A stretch of DNA of 64,000 nucleotides from Marsupella aquatica (lineage: Eukaryota > Plantae > Marchantiophyta). The notes under the pieces were generated by a model. The model was not told the origin of the DNA, did no database searches, and saw nothing but the letters and a program-made list of their open reading frames with translations. The position numbers and the translations under genes are program-made. Where the stretch lies: the NCBI GenBank assembly GCA_973895155.1, contig OZ316891.1, positions 14,911,037-14,975,036 of the forward strand, given 5' to 3'. Positions 38,029 to 48,210 of this stretch are shown here, piece after piece (the stretch's first letter is position 1; each line of letters begins with the position of its first letter).

Positions 38029-41000
38029 ATGTCACGGGTTATTAGGGTAAAATGTCCTGAAACGGGAGACGTGATTAGCGTTCCTGTGACTTACGGAGAT
38101 GGTAATCAGCGTGTGAGCGAAGATTATCTTTGCGGAAGGTTTGATGTTAGGAGGAAAGACATTGAAAGCTTAGGGACAGCTGCCAAGGGGGTAGTGAATT
38201 CTTTTTACATTTTTGGTCAAAAATGGTGGGAACTGCACTGCGGTGTCGAGTACACGCTTTTCCTCCGAGGAAAAGTAGTGAAACTAGAGACGGTGGATGC
38301 ACCAACAGAGGTCATTGATCTCACGTCTGATGGCGATGACTCTTCCCCTGTCTCTCAATTGCCGATTGACATTAGGAACATCAAGCGTGAAGAGTGTCAG
38401 TTGTTGAAGAATTCATTTCCAATGCATCAACGTAGTACCTCAACGGAAGACAGTGGAGGTGACAAGCTTCTTAAATCTCCTTCTCTTGCTATAGTTTACA
38501 GAAGGAGCGCATTTGACGCCCTTCTGAAATTGACTGGTCAAAGTGAGCTATCTCGATTTGTACAATCAGAAACTTTCAAGCACGAGCAAGTAGAATTTCT
38601 TCCCAAAACTTACAACGGCAATGTCATATTTGAGCCTCGGGGGTCTCACTATATAGGGACCTCCCCATCGCCTGCGACGTTTTGAAGCCTAGGACCCCCT
38701 AAAATGTAAGAATTTTTAAAAAAAAATTAACCCCTATAAAGTTGGAATATTCTTGGAATATTCTAAAAAATGGATTAAAAAGACCCTAATGTTCTTATAA
38801 GTCTCAAAATTGAATTTAAAAGACCCTATTGTTCTTCTACAAAAATTCTTAAGTCTTCCCTTAGAACCAATAAAATGACCCTATCCTTCGTCGCACGTGA
38901 TATGCCATTTTTGTGGAAGTGAAACCCCCGAGATTTGAGCTTCCGCCTGTCAATTGTGTGGGTTCAAAGGGGAAGCATCTCCTTAACATGGACCGTTTGA
39001 AGGATTGCTATCTCTGGACTTGAATTATTCCTACTTCTGCAAATGTTTTGCCGAAGAAGATGTGGGGGTTTGGTAAAGTCAGTTGTAGCGGATCACTTGA
39101 ATGCCAAAACAAATCATGCAAGTTTTATACCAAAACAAATGGTAGGAATTGTAGCTCCTGGGAAGGGACCCCCAAGTTGGGAGGCCAACATTGTCCAGGA
39201 AAGTTGATTGATTCAGGAGGGATTGTTTGTCGGTATTGTCTTCAACTTCCATTCTGTTTGGACTCCTGTTCCACAAAAATGTTTTACATGTACCCACAAG
39301 TTCTCCTGGATTTGGCGACAACGCAACATATGTCACACCTTGCAGTACATATGGGTGTCCATAACCATCCGTGTCGAAAGGTCTGGTCTAGAAGTTCGAA
39401 GATGATAGCGGTCGAAGAGATTCGGAAAGAGCATTTGAAAAATGCGATCACTGGATCTCTTAAGGATGCACTAGATGAATCTATCGATGACATCTCGAAG
39501 ATGGAAGAGAGTGAGATTTGGCAATCACTTATGCTTGTTTCGACTCCGCAGAAGTTCTCTGCCTTGTTTAAGAGTGTCCGGAAAGATCAGGCCGGGCGAG
39601 GAGACCTCGAATATCTGGTTCGGATGCAGAAGAATGTCAGGTTCCCGTTTGTTCAAAGGTATCTACTTCCAGGGCAAGGCTCTAAGGAGGACCGAGCTCA
39701 TATTTTCAAAATGATGATCAAAGGGCATGGATCCGGAGTCGATTTGTTGCGACAGATGAAAAAGGGTGGACCCCTCGAAGGTGCGTGGGTGAGTTTTGAT
39801 GTCATGAAACGAATGTCAAAAGATTGGAGTACTTTTAGCGCCCATGTTTATGACCATAACTATCGAGCTTTATGTACAATATTTACGTGTGAGCTGAAAG
39901 CGGAGGACACTGAATCTCTCGAGAAAGCATGGAGATTAATGATTGAGGTCGCTTTAGAAAATGGGGTAGATGATGTTCAAATTCATGGATTCATGGCTGA
40001 TAATGCTCAGTCAGGGAGGCGTGCGGTCAGAAACGTTTTCTTTGGGGGCCATCCAAATCCGGAGAAAGAGAGATCGGATGCTTTTCATTTTTACCAATCT
40101 TTGCACCGCCATTCTATCGAAGGAGTGCTTGAAGACAAACGTTTTGAGCATCGCCTCCTCTGGGATAAGCTCAGAAATGCATCAACGTTTGTCAAAGCTT
40201 ACAGGATTTCCCGAGAAATTGATTTGTGGTGGAGATCTGGCATGGCAATTGCATTCCCGGGAAGCTTCGGATGCTGCAGGGATGGATCTCTTGGTGGGTT
40301 GTAAGATGGCAACAATGGGGAAATTTTATTCGACTTGTAAGTATCACCATTTTTGACTTATTGAATAGACACTTCCATACTAGCGCCTGACGCTATTATT
40401 AACACCTTCTTTTTCTTGATTCTCTCAGCGTTTTGGTCAGCGCCTGGCGCTACCTTTAATTGATACATATTGTTGAAGAATATCAACTTATCTTCCAAAA
40501 GTAGATTTTGAGATTTGACAAACTCTGGCCGTCCTGCAGAGCAAAAGTGCACAAGAAGGAGGGATGATTCCTAATTGCACTGGATCTGAGGCAGTTCATG
40601 GTATCATGAAAGCTTGGCAAGGGAAGAAAACTATCGGATTATTTGAGGGTTGTAAAATTGACCACAATCGTGCAATCTCTCAAATTGCTGCTTATACTGC
40701 CTATTGGGATGGGTTACATAGAGGAACAGGTCCTACGGTATTTGAACTAGCTTTCCGTTCAGCGGACCTGGCTGGATCCCCTCAATTGTTCGAAGAGGCT
40801 TCTAATTTGCTACTAGCTAATGCGGCTGAATTTGATTTGGAGAGGAGTACTCCATTGAACGGTGATTTTGTAACCAAATCTATCAAAAGAAAAGGTCCAG
40901 CGATAGGGAATGTCTCGGCACAAGACTCCCATCGTCATGACACCATTCTGATAACAACACCGAATACACGGGGTTTGAAACGGAGAAATCTGAACTCGGC

Positions 41001-42051
41001 TCAGTTTTCTCATATTCCACCAAGTGTTCCTGAGACACCGATCGATTTGACTGGGAGTGAGGACCTGAGTGACTTGCCGGACGCATCTGCTTCTGGTCCA
41101 GGTGAAGAATTTTCCACATTACCAGAAGTCTCTCAAATGGACCAAACTCCAGTCCTCCCTGACACGTCGCTTTTGGAGTCGGACGTTGAACCTGGGTCTT
41201 GGCATCTTCGTCGAATTTCAAGACTTGGGCCTGGTCCTCAGTGTAACGGGACATTGTCAAGTAGATGCGATCGTGATGAGTGTCGAAACCGGATTAAGAA
41301 GGTTGGATATCCTTCTAATGCTGGAGTGATCGAAATTGTTGCGAAGGGACATCGCGTGTTCAGGAGTGAACCCATGCCGAGTTCGTGTGGTTTTGCCCCA
41401 ACGGCAGTTGTTGGAAAAGCCGCCCACATCGAGGCATCACTAACCTGCCTCCTTATCATTTTCCTTGCCAGTACTAACAGGAACACATTTGTCAAACTTG
41501 GAGTTATGTTTCCTGGAAGAACAGGGTGTTGCAATCTTCAGACAACACCACCAAAGCATGCCTGCCAACCCTACGCCTTTTGACTTGAGAATCAATATTG
41601 ATGTTTTTCCTGAGAAGATCAATATGGCACAAATCAACATCCGTGTTCAAACTAGGAATGGGCGCCCAATGAACCCCAGATCAAATCTTACTCAGGAATA
41701 CCATAGAAGGATCGAATCTGCTGCGAAGGAAACAATGACTCTTATCACAGAATTGGATGTTTCCTCGGGGAACTCATATGGGAAACGATTACTATCCAAA
41801 CACACGCTCATCTAAGGACGGCAAACACTTATTGGGTGCAGATTTGCGTATTCCCTTGTTGCTCTTGTGAGGACTTCTTTCGCTGACATTCTCGAGGAAG
41901 ACCTTTCATGCCTTGTAAACATTTGTACTGGGTTTACAAAACAATCTTCAAGCTTGATCCATTGGATTCGGTCTTACCAAGCCAGCCAATTTTGATTGTT
42001 GGAGAACTCCAGTACATCATAGGAAGGAGGAATTCGCATGGTTTAGAATAA
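38029..42051 (+). pseudogene. MULE-family transposase (GCM/WRKY-like Zn domain, DDE core, SWIM finger), disrupted by a MITE, stops and frameshifts; intron 40337-40539
   Basis: CSGSLECQNKSC...CRYC...C...HMGVHNHP; D1 in WVSFDV; D2 in GFMADNAQ..AVRNVF..DAFH (CxxH position); WISWWVVRW; E in CTGSEAVHGIMK; SWIM CSCEDF...PCKHLYWV at ~41856-41935. Removing the MITE restores the frame (IFELPPV). Confidence 0.85.
38636..38932. mobile_element. 297-bp MITE with 8-bp TSD, inserted in the transposase gene
   Basis: TSD ATTTGAGC at 38628-38635 and 38933-38940; TIR CTCGGGGGTCTCACT/AGTGAAACCCCCGAG (14/15 match). Confidence 0.93.
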
Positions 42052-42439
42052 TTCTTTTCAGTCTACTAGACGTTGAACGGGCATTTTTGGGTTGCCGTTT
42101 TTAACGGTAACAAATATTTTGTTAGCGGTCGGCGCTAGTAAAAGGCTGGCATTTTGTAATGTTGTTTTATCTGGCAACAAGTATTGGAGTCTCAAATCTT
42201 CCCAAATATCTTGAGTTTTGCTAGTGTTCATTTGGGAGAGATGACTCCAAGCAAGCATCAAGACATTTGATAGCTTTGTTGGGACCAATTGAAAACTCTG
42301 AAAACTGCAATCTCTACAGTGGAAAGTGCACATGTCATCGATGGCATACATGGTCCTTTCCATCAATGGCCCTTTGTAGAGGTTCTTCAGAATTTGATTT
42401 CCAGCCAATCTATTACTATAATACCCTATACTGCCAAAA

Positions 42440-44495
42440 ATGTCCATCAACAAATCCCGGATCATTCCTCTCTATCTCAATGGGGGAATTTATCCCGACT
42501 GGCTCAATGATACGGGCTGCCGAATCTCGGAGACAGGTGAAATCACTGAATACCTGGGATGCCCAATTGGGTACAACATCCGCCCTTCTCACAAAAACAA
42601 CTTCCTTCTAGGGAAAGTGAGAAAGCGATTGTTCCACTGGAACAATAGATGTCTTACTGTGGCTGGAAGGGCAATCCTACTGAAACATGTTCTGAGAGTG
42701 ATCACGACTTATCACCTCATGATACTTGAACTCCAAACAGCTGGATATCTTGACCTTGAAAAACTTTGTAGACGATTCTTGTGGGGAACCTCTCTTGAAA
42801 GGGGGCACAAAAAGGCTCTCATAGCCTGGCAGGAGATTGCAACACCTAAAGGAAGCGGAGACTAGGAATCTTACCTTTCAAAGACCAGGCCCAGGCACTG
42901 AAGATGAGACACGTCTCCAAGCTGATCAGTGGGGACAGTAGAGAGTGGGTGACCATTGGAAACGACATCATCAAAAAGGCACTGAAACGAGGAGCGAGAA
43001 TAAAAGAGAAGCGGTGGTGGACACCCACTGACACAATTTTACTAAGCACTGAGCTATGTGTGAAAGGCTCTCCCACTCTGAAGACGCTGCTCAAAGGGTG
43101 GTTTGAAAACAACCAGCGCCTGAAATTCAACTTTGGTTCTGGTAAGCTGTCATCCCATTTATCTATTGAGCACACCCTCCTACTGTATTCTAGGAATAAC
43201 CAGGTTAGTGACCAGGAAGGTACTTTGCTCAGGAGATACCTTTCATCCAGGGGGATCCGTAAGGTGATTGACCTGTGGTCGCAACAACACGGTTGGAGCG
43301 AAGGTGAAGCCATTAACAACAGTGAGAGTAAGGAGCAATAGACCTAACGGCCTTGAAGCCTTCACTAGATTCTACGACCTGCTTAAACAGTCTACGGGAC
43401 TGGGTGAACATAACCTGTCGGAAAGCACTGAATGGCAATGGGATTGGAAGGCGAAGGACAGAGGTTGGACTTTCCCCAACAAAACCTGGGTTAACTGCTC
43501 CCTTCCCCTTTCACAAGATGTTACCAAACTTAACCGGAGATGGGGGGGACAGAATTGCACATTGGACTGATGGAGACTATACTGGAAGCAACTTTATGGT
43601 GGCATGACTTTACCGAAGGTCAGGTTCTTCATTTGGCGGCTAATCAACCACTGCTTCTTCACAAATGGGAGAGGCAGCTATTGGAAGGTCTGCAATGGAA
43701 TGTGCAACAGATGCAAATTGGGATTTGAAAATACTGACCACCTTTTCTTTAGCTGCAGCAAAGTTTGCAAGAGGTGGAGAGAAATACAATGTTTGATGCA
43801 GGGTTCTTTTACCTTCTCCATAGGGTACACGTCACTCTTTGACACTATCCATAACGCTTTTCAGAATCAAAAAAGGAAATCGGGTACTATGGTTCTCCTG
43901 ATGGAACTTTGTAATAGCATCTGGAAAGAGCGAAATGCTGCCACTTATTCTCACTTCTTAGGTCGTCTCCCCGGATGGTGACACTTTGGTACACTGAAGC
44001 TTCCTTGAAGGCTATGATTGACCTGTGTCACTCCCCGAGGAAACACAGACAAATTCAGGAAGCCCTTGAACAGGTGCAGAATGTTCTTAAACCTTGGGAA
44101 CAGACTGACAGCCCGGTTTCACTCAACCCCACCAATGATGATGATGAAGCATGCAACATAACAGCCAATTGCAGGCTAGGAAAGACTCAAACTTGTGAAG
44201 GTCCTTGGGCACATGAAGTGGACTGAACATATTTGGAGTGGGCCTATTAGCCAGAGTGAAGTTGGTAGATTTGAGATTACTCAGGACACTAGGAGAAAAT
44301 ATCAGAATTATCCCTATAGGGGAATGAGTAGATGGGACTTGGATACGGACACCCTGAGGAGGATGCTCCGGGACCCTTGGTTGGACTAGATTTCTGGCGT
44401 TTTTCTGGCTGTTTGTCGCCGCTGGCCCCGACTTGTGCTTTCTGGGTGGTCTTTGCTCCCGCGGTGCTTTTTCCCATGTGTGGGGGAAAAAAAAC
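42440..44495 (+). mobile_element. 5'-truncated, frameshifted L1-clade LINE (RT C-terminus + zf-RVT)
   Basis: EYLGCPIG, RLFHWNNRCLTVAGRAILLKHVL, RRFLWG, IAWQEIATPK..GLGI, PKVRFFIWR, CNRC..ENTDHLFFSC; A-rich tail at ~44487. Confidence 0.88.
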
Positions 44496-45286
44496 ATAAA
44501 ACAAAATCAGTATAAAGTGGGAACCAATCCTAGCCCTTCATCAAAAAAATATTTTTCAGGGACCTTCAAAATCCATCCATATCCCCTTTACTCTCAAATT
44601 GCCTCTACCTCAGCTGCCCTTTGCCTGCCCAAACCTACCCGAGATAAATAAATAATAATTATTAATTGAATTTAGATATGAAATTTGAATTTGAAAAAAA
44701 AGACTTTGAGCACAAATTTTTAAAAATCAAAACTTTTTTAAAAATTAGAATTAAAACAAAAGAGAAAAAATGAAACAAACAATATTCCCTCCTTTCATGT
44801 AGTTGCATTTGGACTATGTGGTGGGGTGCTTCCTTAATTCACTCAATGTACATTTCCTTGCCTCGAGATCCTCTTTTCCTCTATTGGACATCTTTGACTC
44901 ACCCAAACATCTTTGCCTCATTGTGACATCTAAAATTTCCTCAAGATTTTTCTTTGCCTCAATGTTTTTGTTTCACCTGGACATCTTTGTCTTGCCTCGA
45001 CGTCGTTGCCTCACCTCAAAATGAATTGTGCAACACACGGGCATTGGGCTTTAGAGGTTCTTAATTCAAAATCTGATCTTTTAGCCAATTCTCCTACTCC
45101 TATGATAGAGACAACTTTAGTTTCTCCAGCTCTATCCTAGAGCATCACTCTTAGTTACTTGTCACATTAATGTGTTCCTGTTTTGTCCCAATTAGATTGT
45201 TTGCCTTTCTCAAACCTAATCTGACTGTCAAATTTGTAGGCTCGCCGTGCTCTGTGTGGGGGAATGTTTATTTGATGTCTTTCAAC

Positions 45287-45456
45287 AGGCCTTTGACTTC
45301 CACTTACTTTGTATTGAGGAGCTGACAATTGCTCTTTGAACACTCTAGTTTCTTGAATTGTAGTATAAGCAACAGCTAGGCATAGGTCTTGACTTCAATT
45401 GGGTTTGTACTGAGGAGCTAACAATTGCTCTTCACTCTAGTTACTTGAATTCTAGA
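45287..45456. repeat. ~97-bp imperfect tandem duplication
   Basis: TTGACTTC..TTTGTA.TGAGGAGCT.ACAATTGCTCTT..CACTCTAGTT.CTTGAATT occurs twice. Confidence 0.7.
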
Positions 45457-47789
45457 ATGCTGATGCTAGCTATCAGGGCCTCTCATAGGAGTGAGCCATC
45501 TGGAAATGTTTCCTCAAGCCAAAACATCATTCTATTTTCTGGTTTTTTGGTTTTTTTTCTTACATTTGCTTCTGTTTGCTGTCAGGCTTAGATGAACTCT
45601 TTAAGGTGTGTGTTGATCTGTAATTGCACTCCTTGTCCTCTCAATCATCTCCACGTGTGAAAATTTATGTCTCATTAAAAGAATCAAGCATACCTTGTGT
45701 ATCTTTTATACTACTCTGCAACAAGACACACTCTGCGGGACGTTCAGCTCTGAGGTATAGATTGTACCAACATCCACCTGGCCAGTCGTCTCCCCGTATG
45801 AAAACTCATAAGAGAAAAGTCACCCATATAGTTGTATGGAGTATACAGTCTCAACTATGTCTCCTCGCCTATGCAGGTTGACATACAATTGCTCGTTATT
45901 TCATAAAGCTAAACAGGTGACCTTTATCCTAAACAAAAAGTGCCCAAAGAAATATGGTTGTGTGGTAGCTCACTTGAGTGGAGACTCATAGGTCTTGGGT
46001 TCAATTATTGTGACTGACTGTTCCCTTTCTATGGGGTTTCATAGATTTCCGCTTCATTTATTTACTTAAACAAAATTTACAAAAATATACATAAAGCTCA
46101 AATAGACTCAGATAGCACATTTTACACCCTTGACCCAAATGTGACCCATAAATGGTCTCCTTAGAATTTGCAGGCTGTTTCAGTTAGTTCACCTGGTGTT
46201 CTATAGCATCAGCAGCCAATGCTCGAACCCCTTAGCTATGACCGTAAGAGTTACCTTCCCACATGCAAAGAACATAATGAGGGACTGCAAAAGAAAGGGC
46301 AGTCTAGATGCAAGACAGCCCTTAGTTGGTTTGCTGTTGGTGGGGACTCTCCAGCTTTTTTGCACTTTGGTCGTCTTGTCATTTTCCCCTGGTTTTCTCC
46401 CCTTTATTAGGGTTCTCTGGCCTTAGGAGTCTTGTCTCCAGGTTAGCCACTTTTGTTCTTTGAATTGATGTCTCTTGGTTAGGCACTTTCAATGTGTTCT
46501 TTGACAACAATAGCCCCAACTACCCATTCTTTGAACATGAATAGAGGAGAGGACAATAAGAGTGTCAACAAACTATATTCTCTATTCTCATTCTTTGAAG
46601 GTTAATGAAATGATAAAAAAAACCATCATACATGTCACAATTTTAACAATCATACATAACATACTATACTCCTTTCTAAGCACATATATTATGGTGGGGC
46701 CCTAGAGTCATGTCTAGAGGCTTGACTCTAGAAGCCTAGACCTCAACTCTAGCTCTAGCTCCCCTTCAGGCTTTATAAGTAAGACTGATGATATATATTG
46801 AACCAAGCCCATGACCAAAGGTGTGCACTGACAATAGGCTTAACACCAAACATTCATTTCTCTATCATGACAATACTTCACACAATACAAGGAGAGGCTG
46901 AACACTGCATCTGTTGATGTTTTGACAATACTTCCATAGGAGCATATTGTTTTGTCCCATTAGGGGTGAGGCAGTTGGTATAAAGGCCTCTAGAGGCCTC
47001 AAGTCAGATTTACTTGCTTTACCCTCCTATGTTGTTCACACTCTACCAGCCTCTTCAGTTTACAGATAGGGTAGGGTTTAGGTTTTTATGTCCCTCCTTG
47101 TTCTTGTTTTGGGCCTTTGCCCAGGTCCTTCAGGGTGTTTGACTCTTTGGTTGCCTCCCCTTGATTTGTTGTTTTGTCCATTAGCCTGACTGCATGAATG
47201 TAAATATACGTGAGGACACGAAAACCTTGCACCAAAAAGATTCCTTATCATTCACATTCATTTATGATTTGTCCCCATTTACTCCACCCCCAAAGTTAAA
47301 TGAGCAGAGTTATGGTCTAGAGTCTTTACTCTAGACCTAGGGTAGAAAAGTACGCTTCTATTGGGAATTACTAGTAAGATGGAATCCTGGTCGCAGGGTA
47401 GGGCGCGTTAGGTCCTTTGGCAATTTGAAATATATAATGTAGGGCACTTGGGCCCCATCACAACAACAACTGAAGAAGTTCAGCTACAAACAAAGCTATT
47501 AACTTTTAGGGCGGTGCATGCGGAACCCTGATACTCTCGACGGTAATAATAATTATACAGTCTGGTACCAAAAGTTGGCGACAGCCATTGCCCGGCAAAC
47601 TTCCCGGTTAAAACCCGTCATATGCCGTGAGCTTCTTGGATCTGCACTGTAGAGTAAAATAATCGCAGTTTCTGGTCCTGAACGCGAAGATCTCACTCCA
47701 AAAGTGCCCTTGCAGCAGCAGAGGAGGACTCTGTTTTTCCCTTGAAATGATAGTCGATGTGATTCATTCACGCAAAAGACTTGTTAGGC

Positions 47790-47797
47790 GCGAGAAC

Positions 47798-47834
<37 letters not shown>

Positions 47835-47864
47835 CGAGAGAGAACGCGAGAGAGAGAGAGAGAG
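47790..47864. repeat. (GA)n microsatellite interrupted by GAGAACGC units, upstream of the TON1-like gene
   Basis: Seen directly in the sequence. Confidence 0.9.
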
Positions 47865-48210
47865 GATGTTCGTCGCAGTATTATATTGCTGTCCCTGATA
47901 TCTGCTGTATGGATGTCGTAGAGGTGGGTGAACTTCTGCTGCTGCGGGTGCTCGGCCGATCGAAATTGTCGTGAGTTGGATCATTCGATTTCAGCCTCGC
48001 TTGCTGGCTTGGCTTGCGGGATTGAGTGAAAGGTCGAGTGCTCGACATCTTTCGTTCCTTCGTTTGAGAAGCGGATTCCGGACGGTGGGTCGCTTCTGTT
48101 GTGCATGTGGTCTGCCCCGCTTGTTCTTCTTCTTGCCCAAGACCCACCGACTTTCCGGATCATCGCTGGTGGTCGTGCCCGTGCGGAAGGCCCTAGCGTC
48201 GTCGTTCAGA

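Larger units (their letters stand above)
31741..42137. repeat. Dispersed 15-bp palindrome TAGCG-CCNGG-CGCTA, 15 copies
   Basis: Copies start at 31741, 31925, 32762, 33879, 33961, 34765, 34836, 36277, 37485, 37590, 37693, 37797, 40381, 40438 and 42123. None was seen elsewhere in the window. Confidence 0.92.
31690..42200. mobile_element. Mutator-like (MULE) DNA transposon with divergent transposase and ParB-methyltransferase genes; boundaries approximate
   Basis: Two divergent spliced genes; 15 copies of an element-specific palindrome; weak inverted similarity between ~31690-31757 and ~42121-42190 (ATAAAA..AAAATGCC..TTA.TAGCG). No TSD found. Confidence 0.78.

Noticed and set aside
42267-42400. 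CTCHRW motif resembling a second SWIM finger
   Set aside because: It lacks the CxH half and any supporting flanking homology.
45955-46020. tRNA/SINE-like A-box and B-box (GGTAGCTCA..GGGTTCAATT)
   Set aside because: No cloverleaf can be formed and it is too degenerate to call.
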